Shown here piece by piece: positions 7,936 through 19,411 of a stretch of DNA of 45,349 nt. Positions within the stretch are counted from its first letter, which is position 1. Each line of letters begins with the position of its first letter. Below the pieces are notes generated by a model. That model was given only the letters and a program-made list of their open reading frames with translations. It had not been told where the DNA came from and did not search any database. A program made the position numbers and the translations under genes. Where the stretch lies: assembly GCA_900553845.1 (NCBI GenBank), contig USEW01000001.1, positions 1-45,349 of the forward strand, given 5' to 3'. Source of the stretch: an uncultured bacterium (lineage in GTDB: Bacteria > Cyanobacteriota > Vampirovibrionia > Gastranaerophilales > Gastranaerophilaceae).

Positions 7936-9577
7936 TTATCAACCTATTATATTTTCGGTACCATCTTTTTTCAACTTTTGACAATAAGTTGAAATCAATA
8001 CATTTTTCTTCAAATGGGAATTTAACGAGAGTTTTAAGTTTTAATTCTCCGTTTTTATCTTTAACAGTATAAACTGTATTTTCAAGACGGACTCCAAAGT
8101 TTTTTTCCTTATACAACCCTGGTTCGATTGTAAACACCATGCCGGGTTTAAGTTTTCGTCTTGAAAATTTTGATTTTGAAATAGTTGGCGGCATTTCATG
8201 AACGTTAATACCGACGCCGTGTCCTAAAGCATGGTTAAATAAAAAACCGTCATTTTTTGCAGGCTCAAGTATTTCACGTGCTATTTTATCAAGTTTATAC
8301 CCATTTTTAATTCTTCTTGAGAAAAATGCATTTAAAAACGCTTTCAGAACCAAGGTATATATTTTTTTATGTTCATTATCTGGTATACCACGACAGAAAG
8401 TCCTTGTTATATCAGTGGCATATCCGCCTTCAAAATATCCGCCTGTGTCAACAAGAACATAGTCACCATCTTTAATATTACACTTTTCATCTGGGAAACT
8501 ATAATGTATAATTGAAGAATTTGAGCCAAAACCTACAATGGGTGAAAAACTTAAATTAGTAGCAGCATGTTTTGTTTTAAATTCGTTTTCAATAGTATTA
8601 TAAAGCTGCTTTTCGTTAATGGTAGCTCCACTTGCTATAATATTCTCAACTTTTTTTATAACATTATCGGTTCTTTTAAAAGCAGATTTTAAATGGTTTA
8701 TTTCTTCTTTTGTTTTTACCGATTTTAAAGTTGAACTAAAATTGTCGTTTTTGATATTAAATTTTATGTTTAAAAGATTATAATCAAAAAGATTTATGTA
8801 ATTTTTATTTATTAAAACATTTGCTATATCATTGCAACTATTTAAATAATTAATATAATCATTCTGTTTTAAAACAATAATAGATTCATTAAAATCATTT
8901 TTATCAGGGATTTTAAAATCCGTAAATAAAATAGCTGGTTTATCTTTGTGAATAATTAAACGGGAGAAAAAAGTTGATGAAAAGTTTTGCAAGTAATTTC
9001 TTAAATTTGTAATATAAGCAATATCAGCAAGATTTGAAATAAAGAAAATGTCATGATTGGACTTAAGTGATTTCTTTAATCTGTTTATTTTTTGAAACGT
9101 ACACATACCGGAAATATACTTAGGTACAAATGACAAAGATTCTTTTATCTCGTTTTTTTCTGGTTTGACGAATTCAAGAACAGGGTCACTGTTTAAAAAT
9201 TCATAGTTTACAAAATAAGAAGCAAACAGTTTAAAAAAATTAAACGATATTTTTTTAGGGTTAATTAATATTTTTTCGTTAAAATTAATTGTCGACTTTA
9301 AAGCATTAAAAAAAGACTGGGATAAAGAAAGTTTAACAATTTCTATATTTTTGTCTTTAATCTGAATTGAGGCCATTTCATGGTATCTTGGGTCAACAAA
9401 AAGCCGGATTTTATCTTTTGAATAAAGAACTTCACCTTGAGAGCCTTTAAAACCTGTAAGATGATAGCGTGCATTATAATTAAGCTCATTAAATTCTGTC
9501 AAAAATTCGTTTGTTGAGTTAACTAGTAAAAACTTTGCATTTTTTTCATCTAATAATCTATTTAAATAATCAATCAT
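7925..9577 (-). CDS. aminopeptidase P family protein (Xaa-Pro aminopeptidase, M24B)
   Basis: 550 aa with a creatinase-like N-terminus, the M24 core (DTGG.Y..GYATDITRT, HGVGINVHE, EPG.Y) and an M24 C-terminal extension. Confidence 0.8.
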   Translation of the reverse strand: MIDYLNRLLDEKNAKFLLVNSTNEFLTEFNELNYNARYHLTGFKGSQGEVLYSKDKIRLFVDPRYHEMASIQIKDKNIEIVKLSLSQSFFNALKSTINFNEKILINPKKISFNFFKLFASYFVNYEFLNSDPVLEFVKPEKNEIKESLSFVPKYISGMCTFQKINRLKKSLKSNHDIFFISNLADIAYITNLRNYLQNFSSTFFSRLIIHKDKPAILFTDFKIPDKNDFNESIIVLKQNDYINYLNSCNDIANVLINKNYINLFDYNLLNIKFNIKNDNFSSTLKSVKTKEEINHLKSAFKRTDNVIKKVENIIASGATINEKQLYNTIENEFKTKHAATNLSFSPIVGFGSNSSIIHYSFPDEKCNIKDGDYVLVDTGGYFEGGYATDITRTFCRGIPDNEHKKIYTLVLKAFLNAFFSRRIKNGYKLDKIAREILEPAKNDGFLFNHALGHGVGINVHEMPPTISKSKFSRRKLKPGMVFTIEPGLYKEKNFGVRLENTVYTVKDKNGELKLKTLVKFPFEEKCIDFNLLSKVEKRWYRKYNRLIKEA

Positions 9578-9697
9578 AAATTTAATTAAACCATAAAATT
9601 AAAAAATGTAACAATTTTTTTCGAAACTAGCAAATTATTTTATGTTGAGATGTTATGTAAATGGAACCATGTAAATAGCAGGAACATTATAATATTT

Positions 9698-10213
9698 ATG
9701 AAGATATCTAACTTTTTTTTAAAACATATGCCGCAAATAAATATAAAGAAAGATTTTATAAAGAAAACTGTTGATTTTTGCGATCAACATGTATCATCTC
9801 CACAGCAGCGTCTTGCAATAGGTGTTACAGCTCTTTTAACTCAGCCGTTAATTGACTATTTTAATAAAAATGTTGATGAAAAAACGCGTGATATTTCTGT
9901 TCAAAAAACTATTGCAAAAACAATTGTTGGAATGACAACAGGATATTTTATACGTGACTGGTGTATTAAATTATCAAATGCAAAAATATTTAAACCTGAT
10001 ATAAAAGATATTCCAGCTGATAAGTTAAAAAATTATCATAACGCAATGGGGACTTTTCTTGCAACGATAATAATGTTAGGAACGAATTTTTTAATTGATG
10101 CTCCTTTAACGGCACTTTTAACAAATGGCATAGCAAAACCTTATGATGCAATAAAAAAACATTTTTCAAAACAAAAACAACCTCAAAAGTCGGTTATAGA
10201 GGAGGTTAAGTAG
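9698..10213 (+). CDS. hypothetical membrane protein
   Basis: The ORF opens at 9650; ATG 9698 (MKISNFF) is preferred. It has predicted TM segments and no recognised family. The gene immediately downstream has similar architecture. Confidence 0.5.
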   Translation: MKISNFFLKHMPQINIKKDFIKKTVDFCDQHVSSPQQRLAIGVTALLTQPLIDYFNKNVDEKTRDISVQKTIAKTIVGMTTGYFIRDWCIKLSNAKIFKPDIKDIPADKLKNYHNAMGTFLATIIMLGTNFLIDAPLTALLTNGIAKPYDAIKKHFSKQKQPQKSVIEEVK

Positions 10214-10215
10214 AT

Positions 10216-10881
10216 ATGAGTTTAAAAAATATATTTGAAAAAGGTAAACAATTTTTATATAAGCAGTTTTCAGAAGGTGGTGGAAACATGCTTATCTGGA
10301 TGGGTGCCTTAGGCTGGTTCACATCTGCTATTGCGCAGGTTGTTGTATTAAATTTAAATAAAAAAATACCGAAAGAAGAAAAAGGATTTTTAATAAGACA
10401 GGAAATAGCTGATGGAGCTGTCAACTGTGGAATGTACCTTGGGTTTACAAAATTGGTTCAGACCTGTGTGAACTGGGGGTTAGAAAAAGGAAAAATAACA
10501 AGTGATACAATAAAACCCATTGTTGAAAAAGCAGCAAAAGATAAAAAAATCGAACTTTCAAAACATTTTGAAAAAAGTAACATATCGGATTTATTGAAAG
10601 ACAACGTAGATGATCTTGCTAAATTTAAAAAATTTAAAAACGGTGTCGATATTTTAACAAATTTAATAGCATCCGTTATAGCTTGTAATATTGTAACTCC
10701 CCTTGCACGTAATTATATTGCTTCAAAATGGTCAAAAAACAATAAAAAACAAAATCCTGCTCCTACAGTTGAAAATAATATAATTATAAAACCAAAACCT
10801 GAAAGTAATATAGTTTTTAAAGGAAGAGCAAATATAAATCCGTATACTCAAAGTGTAAGAACAAATCCTATTTCAATATAG
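10216..10881 (+). CDS. hypothetical membrane protein
   Basis: 221-aa ORF starting 3 nt after the previous stop, with an SD GAGGAGG upstream. It has hydrophobic segments and no recognised family. Confidence 0.55.
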   Translation: MSLKNIFEKGKQFLYKQFSEGGGNMLIWMGALGWFTSAIAQVVVLNLNKKIPKEEKGFLIRQEIADGAVNCGMYLGFTKLVQTCVNWGLEKGKITSDTIKPIVEKAAKDKKIELSKHFEKSNISDLLKDNVDDLAKFKKFKNGVDILTNLIASVIACNIVTPLARNYIASKWSKNNKKQNPAPTVENNIIIKPKPESNIVFKGRANINPYTQSVRTNPISI

Positions 10882-10950
10882 TCTTTAAACCTAGCGTGCT
10901 ATAGATTTTACTTTAATTAACATAAATATTTTTGTTTTTGTTTTATAATT

Positions 10951-11290
10951 AAAAGCGTAAGCCAAAGCGAGTTTGTAATTTTGTCTGACGCGAAGGCGGC
11001 AGCGAAATACAAACGGAGCCTATGAATGAGCGACGTAAGAGTTTTAAAGAAAACTCCACAGGAGCGGAAAAGCGTAAACCACCGATTGGACTTATTCGCC
11101 AACAAGCGGGGGGAATGCGTGAAAAAAGCGTAAGCCGTGCGGAGTCAAATTTTGACAAGTGCGCCGTGCGTGCTTGAAAAACTCACCTAGCACGAAAGTT
11201 CGCAGCAATCTGCCGAAGTGAAAGGCAAACCCTGTAACGGAATGCAAAAATTGCAAGTTGTCAATAATTTGAAACAAACGTGCAAAGAAA
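10951..11290 (+). repeat. GC-rich mosaic module of the leader-element family upstream of dnaB
   Basis: Three copies of AAGCGTAA(G/A)CC (10953, 11070, 11127). It shares blocks with 7681-7935 in inverted orientation, but the blocks are permuted. Confidence 0.7.
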
Positions 11291-11339
11291 ATTATAATGA
11301 AATGAGTTTGGATGCCACAGGTGGATAAAAGATGTAATA

Positions 11340-11410
11340 AAGCGAGGGAATACATGAAAGAAACTTACATTCTGGTTGGACTTGATTTAATAAAACGGGG
11401 GAATATATGA
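11340..11410 (+). repeat. single 53-bp leader unit. The mini-ORF 11354-11410 overlaps the dnaB ATG by ATGA.
   Basis: Reads ATGAAAGAAACTTACATTCTGGTTGGACTTGATTTAATAAAACGGGGGAATATATGA = MKETYILVGLDLIKRGNI*. ATG 11354 to dnaB ATG 11407 is 53 nt. Confidence 0.8.
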
Positions 11411-12753
11411 AAAAAGAGAAAGTGACAAAACTTCCGCCACATAATAAAGAAGCCGAAGAATCAATTTTAGGAGCAATTCTTGTCAATCCGGTTGTTTTAA
11501 ACAGAATTGTAGAATATATAAAACCAGAAAGTTTTTATTTTAAAGCTCATAAGGTTATTTATGAAACCATGCTTAATTTGTATAATAGAGGAAATGTGCA
11601 GATTGATATTTTAACAGTATCCGATGAATTAAGAAATCAAGGGGCATTGGAGGCTGTTGGGGGTCGTGATTATATAAACGATCTTGCATTAAATACGATA
11701 ACAACTGCCAATATTGAATACTATGCAAAAATGATTCAGGAGAAGTCAATAAAGCGTCAACTTATTGCAGCAGGGTCGGATATTGTTGAAATGGCATATG
11801 ATAATTTGACAACAGAGGCTACACTTGATACAGCGGAAAAACTTATCTTTAATATAGCTCAGGAGCGCACAACAACAGATTTAATTGCAATAAAAGATCT
11901 TGTATTAACAAGTTTTGAACAGATTGAATATCGTTATAACCATAGAGATGAACTAACAGGTACATCAAGTGGGTTTTATGATTTGGATGAAATGACATCA
12001 GGCCTTCAAAAATCGGATTTGATTATTTTAGCGGCACGTCCATCAATGGGTAAAACAGCATTTGCATTAAATATTGCACAAAATGCTGCATTACGTGACA
12101 ACAAACCTGTTGCTATATTCTCTCTTGAGATGCCAAAAGAGCAGCTAGTAAAACGTATGTTATGCTCAGAAGCTGAAGTTGATACCCAAAGGCTAAGTTC
12201 AGGCAATATGCAACCAAAAGACTGGGAAAAATTAACCGAAGCCATGAATTATTTTACCGATGCCCCGATATATATTGATGACGCAGCAGGTGCTTCTGTT
12301 ATGGATATACGTGCAAAATGCCGCCGGTTAGCCATGGAAGAAAAACAATTGGGCTTAATTGTAATTGATTACCTTCAGTTGATGGAGGATAATTCAAAAG
12401 GCGATGACCGTAACCAGCAAATATCAGCCATATCTCGAGGGTTAAAGACACTTGCCCGTGAACTTCAGGTGCCAATTATTGCCTTGTCCCAGCTATCTCG
12501 TGCTGTTGAACAACGAAAAGATCGCCGTCCTATGTTGTCTGACCTTCGTGAATCAGGCGCAATCGAACAAGATGCTGACGTTGTTATGTTTATTTATCGT
12601 GATGAATATTATGAAAAAGATAATCCTGAAAATAAGGGTAAAGCAGAAATTATTATAGCAAAACATAGAAACGGACCGGTTGGCAGTTTTGATTTACTAT
12701 TCCAGGCAAATATTACAAAATTTAAGAATCCTGCTCGCACTGCTACTTTTTAG
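11407..12753 (+). CDS. dnaB: replicative DNA helicase DnaB
   Basis: 448 aa with the N-terminal PPHN.EAE.S.LG motif, Walker A ARPSMGKTAF, and IVIDYLQLM and SQLSR motifs. Confidence 0.95.
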   Translation: MKKEKVTKLPPHNKEAEESILGAILVNPVVLNRIVEYIKPESFYFKAHKVIYETMLNLYNRGNVQIDILTVSDELRNQGALEAVGGRDYINDLALNTITTANIEYYAKMIQEKSIKRQLIAAGSDIVEMAYDNLTTEATLDTAEKLIFNIAQERTTTDLIAIKDLVLTSFEQIEYRYNHRDELTGTSSGFYDLDEMTSGLQKSDLIILAARPSMGKTAFALNIAQNAALRDNKPVAIFSLEMPKEQLVKRMLCSEAEVDTQRLSSGNMQPKDWEKLTEAMNYFTDAPIYIDDAAGASVMDIRAKCRRLAMEEKQLGLIVIDYLQLMEDNSKGDDRNQQISAISRGLKTLARELQVPIIALSQLSRAVEQRKDRRPMLSDLRESGAIEQDADVVMFIYRDEYYEKDNPENKGKAEIIIAKHRNGPVGSFDLLFQANITKFKNPARTATF

Positions 12754-12846
12754 TTAGTATTATGTTATTAGTAAAAAACAATCATTATTATTTTAATAAT
12801 CGTAGTGCTTTTTATGATAATATTAAAATTATTTTTAATTTGAGCT

Positions 12847-14133
<1,287 letters not shown>

Positions 14134-14209
14134 CTATACTTTTTCTTTATATTTGCTACTTTATTATAAGATTTTAACACATAAAAATTTTAAATATATA
14201 ATAAATAAA

Positions 14210-15361
14210 TTAATTATTTTTCTTTTCGCGTTCTTTTTGTTTTGCAAGTCTTATTGCGTTATCAATTGATATTTTAGCAAGCGGTTTGCGAGTACGACGG
14301 TCAAAAAACACAAGCCAATGATTGTTTTTGGGGTTATCAACTGCAAATGAAAGCCGACCTGAAACTCTATCCTGCGGATTTATTGTTTTCATAAGAAGTG
14401 TGTTATCTGCAAAAACAGAAGGATAAAATACACGATTTAATTCACTTATTAAAGCAAGGTCAAAACTTGAAAAGGATTTATCAGTGTTATTAAGTATAAT
14501 TAAAGATAAATTATAAGTATTCATTTCGCCAAAGGGGTCTTTTTCAAGTTTAACGTTTGTTATTTTTACATCAAGTCCTTCAAGTTTTAATTCATCAACC
14601 ATTAAAGCTTCATCTGAAATAACAGGCAATTCAACAGGGGTAAGCACACGGACTTTAATTTCATCACCTGGAGAGATTAAAACATCCTTACCTTTACGGA
14701 ATAGACTTATTCCAAGCCCAATAGCACCACCAATAGCAGCACCGCCTGCTATTGTATACCCTTGAGATGCAATAGCCGCTTCAATACCAAGGAGGTTTAA
14801 AGCAGCAAAACCACCAACAACACCGCCTGCTATGGTATAACCGGTATCAACTAAAACTGTTTTTGCAACGCCTTTTACAGGATGCATTTTGGTTGACATT
14901 TTTCCCTCAATAGGAATTTGACGCCCATCAGGTGTCACTAAATAGTCAAAATTTATCTCAATCCAACCATCTCGTCCAAGGCGTTTTGAATCTTCCATTT
15001 CTTTAACTGTACCATGTGCAACCGTACCAATAGGCAAAACAACCCCGCCTTTTCCTTCAACATCCTGCGTTATCTGGGCAAAAAATTCGTCACCCTCTTG
15101 AGTAAAACCTGATGATAACACTTCTGATACTGTCATTTTTATTACATCTTTTGACTTAATCTTATGTGTTTCACCTGTAAATATATTCTTTACTTGGTCA
15201 TCATTATATTCATAAAATTGTGCATGTCCTTCTAATTTTTTTGTATTTTCGTTTGCAAAACAATTAGAATTTGAACAAAATACAAAATTTATGATAAATA
15301 TCTGGAGTATAAAAAAACTTATTATTCTTTTTATTCTTCCCATATAAAACAAATTCCCCAA
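14210..15361 (-). CDS. hypothetical secreted/membrane protein with a duplicated Gly-zipper segment
   Basis: 383 aa with an N-terminal hydrophobic signal-like segment. The segment GYTIAGG(V/A)(V/A)GG is repeated twice. The C-terminal beta-rich domain is of unknown family. Confidence 0.5.
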   Translation of the reverse strand: MGNLFYMGRIKRIISFFILQIFIINFVFCSNSNCFANENTKKLEGHAQFYEYNDDQVKNIFTGETHKIKSKDVIKMTVSEVLSSGFTQEGDEFFAQITQDVEGKGGVVLPIGTVAHGTVKEMEDSKRLGRDGWIEINFDYLVTPDGRQIPIEGKMSTKMHPVKGVAKTVLVDTGYTIAGGVVGGFAALNLLGIEAAIASQGYTIAGGAAIGGAIGLGISLFRKGKDVLISPGDEIKVRVLTPVELPVISDEALMVDELKLEGLDVKITNVKLEKDPFGEMNTYNLSLIILNNTDKSFSSFDLALISELNRVFYPSVFADNTLLMKTINPQDRVSGRLSFAVDNPKNNHWLVFFDRRTRKPLAKISIDNAIRLAKQKEREKKNN

Positions 15362-15385
15362 AGTTTAAATAATCAATATTATCGT

Positions 15386-16939
15386 CTATTTTTTACTTAA
15401 AGTCAAAATGTTATTTGAGTCTTTATTTTTGATAAGTAGTCTTTTATTTTTATAGCAATACATAAAGTAAAAAACTACGCCCAACAACAGCCATATTGGA
15501 AATAGAACTGAAGATATCTCCAAAAATTTCATTGAATACAGCATCAATCCGCCGCTTAAAATTATACCCAATATTGGAAATAAAGGTGAAAAAGGAACTT
15601 TAAAAGGACGATGACGATTTGGTTCTGTTTTTCTTAAAATCAAAACAGCTATACAAACAATGATAAATGATGTGAAAGTTCCAAAATTGCACAATTCCGC
15701 CGACACTTTTAAATCCATAAATAAAGAGCCAATTATAACAAGTGTTCCACATAAATACGTTATAACATGGGGTGTATGAAATTTTGGATGTATTTTTTTT
15801 AAAAAAGGCGGCAAAAACCCATCCCGACTCATTGAATATATAATACGAGTAGTTCCTAATTGGTACACCATTATAACAGAGCTTAATCCGGTTAATGCAC
15901 CTATTGAAATTAATCCTGCAACCCAATTTTGATTTATATACATCATAGCTTTAGCAATTGGCGCATGGATATCAATCATAGTTTGCGGCATTATACCTGT
16001 TAAAACAAGCGCTACAAGAACATATATAGTAGTACAAATAAGCAAAGTTCCAAGAATACCTATTGGCAAATTCTTTTGCGGATTTTTTGTCTCCTCAGCA
16101 GCCGTTGATATTGCATCAAAACCAACATAAGCAAAGAAAATAATAAAGGCTCCCATTGTGATCGCTCCAAAACCATTTGGACAAAATGGCACCCAGTTAT
16201 GAGGTTTTACATAAAACATACCAACTCCAATAAATAGAAAAATAACAGCAAGTTTTACAAATACCATAAAACCCGCAACTTTAGTTGATTCTTTTACCCC
16301 GCGAACAAGTATTAGTGTCACAGCAACAAGCAGCAATATAGCTGGTAAGTTTATTGAAAAAGGTATTAAATTAAAAAGTTTTGGAATAACCAAATCAGGA
16401 TTCAAATTTGACTTTTGACATACTTCAACTGCGCTTCGATAGTCGTTAACAAGCCATATCGGAGGATTAAGCAACCAGTTTGGAAGGAATGGAAAACCTT
16501 TTAAAAATTGTAGAAAATAGTCAGTCCACGCACAAGCAATAGTAATATTTCCGACTGCATATTCAAGCATCAAAATCCAACCTACAATCCAGGCTGCAAA
16601 TTCTCCCATTGTTGCATAAGTATATGTATATGCACTTCCTGAAACTGGCATCATTGAGGCAAATTCGCAATAACAAAAAGCGGTAAATACACAAGCTATT
16701 GCGGCTAAAATCATTGACAAAACAACTGACGGTCCTGCTCCAAATTCTGGTGTTGAGCCAACAGCTGCAATACCAATAATTGTAAATATACCTGTTCCTA
16801 CAACAGCACCAATTCCTAATATTATTAAATCAAAAGCATTTAAATTTTTCTTTAATTTTGAATTATTTGACTCTTGTATAAATTCATCGGCTGTTTTTTT
16901 TGATAGTAAATTATTAATAAATTCTTTTATTTTTTTCAT
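15386..16939 (-). CDS. APC-superfamily amino acid permease (cationic amino acid transporter-like)
   Basis: 517 aa, polytopic, with a conserved SAYTYTYATMGEFAAWIVGW block. It is a tandem paralogue of the upstream gene. Confidence 0.8.
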   Translation of the reverse strand: MKKIKEFINNLLSKKTADEFIQESNNSKLKKNLNAFDLIILGIGAVVGTGIFTIIGIAAVGSTPEFGAGPSVVLSMILAAIACVFTAFCYCEFASMMPVSGSAYTYTYATMGEFAAWIVGWILMLEYAVGNITIACAWTDYFLQFLKGFPFLPNWLLNPPIWLVNDYRSAVEVCQKSNLNPDLVIPKLFNLIPFSINLPAILLLVAVTLILVRGVKESTKVAGFMVFVKLAVIFLFIGVGMFYVKPHNWVPFCPNGFGAITMGAFIIFFAYVGFDAISTAAEETKNPQKNLPIGILGTLLICTTIYVLVALVLTGIMPQTMIDIHAPIAKAMMYINQNWVAGLISIGALTGLSSVIMVYQLGTTRIIYSMSRDGFLPPFLKKIHPKFHTPHVITYLCGTLVIIGSLFMDLKVSAELCNFGTFTSFIIVCIAVLILRKTEPNRHRPFKVPFSPLFPILGIILSGGLMLYSMKFLEISSVLFPIWLLLGVVFYFMYCYKNKRLLIKNKDSNNILTLSKK

Positions 16940-18498
16940 ACTTTTGACTCTATTTCGTTAATCTTTTGGTTATCATTTCCGTCTTTCAGTTTATTAAGTT
17001 CATTTTTACGATTAACCTGATAACCGTAACTAAAATATATTAACGCTCCAAATACAAGCCAAATTGGGAAAAGCAATCTAGAAGTTGTCAAAAATTTCAT
17101 TGAATAAAGCATTAAACCAGAACAACACACTATACCTAAAATAGGGAATAAAGGTGAAAAGGGAACTTTAAAAGGACGATGACGATTTGGTTCTGTTTTT
17201 CTTAAAATCAAAACAGCAACACAAACAATGATAAATGATGTGAAAGTTCCAAAATTGCACATTTCAGCCGCTATATTAATATTAAAAAATAATGATCCGA
17301 AAATTATACAAGTACCCACAAATATAGTTATAACATGAGGAGTTTTATATTTGCTATGCACTTTTTGAAAAATAGCAGGTAAAAAATTATCCCGGCTCAT
17401 AGCATACAAAACACGAGTTGTAGCAAGATATAAAACAAGTAATACAGAAGATAGCCCTGTTAAAGCGCCCAAAGAAATAAGTCCTGCAACCCAGTTTTGT
17501 CCGACAAGTCTCATAACATGAGCTATTGGAGCGTGAAGATCTATTTGATTTGTCGGTATCATACCTGTTAGAACAAGCGCTACAAGAACGTAAATAATTG
17601 TACAACATAATAATGATCCAATAATGCCTATTGGCAAATCTTTTTGAGGGTTTTTAGCTTCTTCGGCTGTTGTAGCAATGGCATCAAAGCCTATATAAGC
17701 AAAGAAAATGATAAATGCACCCATAAATATACCGCTAAATCCGTTTGGTGCAAATGGCACCCAGTTTTCAGGCTTCACATAAAAAGCACCTGTAATAACA
17801 AACATCATTATAACGCTTATTTTTATAAGCACCATAAGTGAAGCCATTTTTGTCGACTCTTTTATACCTTTAACTAAAATACACATCAATACTATAGCCA
17901 TTAATATTCCAGGAAGATTTAATGAAATTGGAATAGCGCCCAAATGAGGTATTTCATCAAAAGGATTTAACCCATTTTTTTCACAAAAAGCAAAAGCACT
18001 TTGATAGTCACTTATAAGCCAAATTGGCGGGTTTGTTATAAATTGTGGCAGAAAATGGAAACCTTTTAGGAACTGAATAAGATAACCTGTCCAGGCACTT
18101 GCTACAGCAATAAATCCAATAGCATATTCAAGAAGAAGCACCCAGCCGACAATCCAGGCTGCAAATTCTCCCATTGTTGCATATGTATACGTGTATGCGC
18201 TTCCCGCTACGGGTATCATTGAGGCAAATTCTGAATAACATAAAGCTGAAAAAATACAAGCTATTGAAGCAATAACCATTGAAATAACCAGCGCTGGACC
18301 GGCACCAGGTCCTTGAGCGCCACCAGCTGCTGCTATACCAACAACCGTGAAGATTCCTGAACCTATAATAGCTCCTACACCTAACATTACTAAGTCAAAT
18401 GCTGTTAATGTTTTGTTTAAACCTGCTTTTTTGGCATTTTCTATCATTTCGTCAGGATTTTTTATTTTAGTAATATTTTTAAATAAATTTTTCAACAA
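16936..18498 (-). CDS. APC-superfamily amino acid permease (paralogue)
   Basis: 520 aa in the same family. Its stop overlaps the start of the downstream paralogue (ATGA-type junction at 16936-16939). Confidence 0.8.
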   Translation of the reverse strand: MLKNLFKNITKIKNPDEMIENAKKAGLNKTLTAFDLVMLGVGAIIGSGIFTVVGIAAAGGAQGPGAGPALVISMVIASIACIFSALCYSEFASMIPVAGSAYTYTYATMGEFAAWIVGWVLLLEYAIGFIAVASAWTGYLIQFLKGFHFLPQFITNPPIWLISDYQSAFAFCEKNGLNPFDEIPHLGAIPISLNLPGILMAIVLMCILVKGIKESTKMASLMVLIKISVIMMFVITGAFYVKPENWVPFAPNGFSGIFMGAFIIFFAYIGFDAIATTAEEAKNPQKDLPIGIIGSLLCCTIIYVLVALVLTGMIPTNQIDLHAPIAHVMRLVGQNWVAGLISLGALTGLSSVLLVLYLATTRVLYAMSRDNFLPAIFQKVHSKYKTPHVITIFVGTCIIFGSLFFNINIAAEMCNFGTFTSFIIVCVAVLILRKTEPNRHRPFKVPFSPLFPILGIVCCSGLMLYSMKFLTTSRLLFPIWLVFGALIYFSYGYQVNRKNELNKLKDGNDNQKINEIESKV

Positions 18499-18532
18499 TA
18501 GCTTATCTCACTTTCTTATTATTAACTTTAGC

Positions 18533-19411
18533 TTACGCTTTTTTTATTAAAGGATATCCTAATTCTTCTCTTTGTTTCACATATAATTTTGCAACACTTG
18601 ATGCCATTTTACGAACACGGTTTATATAATTTATTCTCTCATCTTTACTTATTACCCCACGAGCATCAAGCAGGTTAAAGGTATGAGAACATTTTAAAGT
18701 GTAATCGTATGAAGGCAAAACAAGATTTGCATTTACACAGGAATTAACTTCGTTTTCATACAAATCAAACATCTGAAATAAGCTTTTTGCATTTGACACT
18801 TCAAAATTATACTTTGATTGTTCAATTTCGTTTTGTAAGTATATTTCACCATATTTTATACTTTTATTCCACATAACATCAAAAACAGAATTCACATTTT
18901 GTAAATACATAGCAATACGCTCAAGCCCATAGGTAAGTTCAAGCGCAACAGGTTTTATTTCAAGCCCGCCTACTTGTTGGAAATATGTAAACTGGGTTAT
19001 TTCCATACCGTCAAGCCAAACTTCCCAACCTACGCCTGCTGCACCAAGCGTTGGTGATTCCCAATTATCTTCAACAAAGCGAACATCATGTTTTGATAAA
19101 TCAATCCCCATCGCTTTTAAAGAATCTAAATATAATTCTTGCGCATTATCAGGTGAAGGTTTTAAAATAACCTGATATTGAAAATAATGTCCCAAACGAT
19201 TTGGATTCTCGCCATATCTTGCATCTGTTGGTCTTCTGCATGGTTCCACCATTGCTGTATTCCAAGGCTCAGGTCCAAGTGAACGCAAAAAAGTTGCCGG
19301 GTTCATTGTGCTTGCACCTTTTTCAATATCATAAGGTTGCTGGATTATACAGCCATAATCACTCCAGTATTTTGACAAGTTTAATATTAATTCCTGAAAA
19401 GTTAATGCCAT
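18533..19411 (-). CDS. glyQ: glycine--tRNA ligase alpha subunit
   Basis: Reads [27 protein letters not shown], typical of GlyQ. The ORF opens at 19471, but homology begins at ATG 19411. No glyS lies adjacent. Confidence 0.9.
   Translation of the reverse strand: MALTFQELILNLSKYWSDYGCIIQQPYDIEKGASTMNPATFLRSLGPEPWNTAMVEPCRRPTDARYGENPNRLGHYFQYQVILKPSPDNAQELYLDSLKAMGIDLSKHDVRFVEDNWESPTLGAAGVGWEVWLDGMEITQFTYFQQVGGLEIKPVALELTYGLERIAMYLQNVNSVFDVMWNKSIKYGEIYLQNEIEQSKYNFEVSNAKSLFQMFDLYENEVNSCVNANLVLPSYDYTLKCSHTFNLLDARGVISKDERINYINRVRKMASSVAKLYVKQREELGYPLIKKA

Noticed and set aside
7549-7992. Tracked ORFs inside the GC-rich modules (7549-7752, 7640-7894, 7690-7992, 10917-11105, 10949-11158, 11092-11355, 11292-11486)
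   Set aside because: They have no SD, overlap each other on both strands, and their frames are not preserved between the two copies of the module. They are by-products of locally high GC content.
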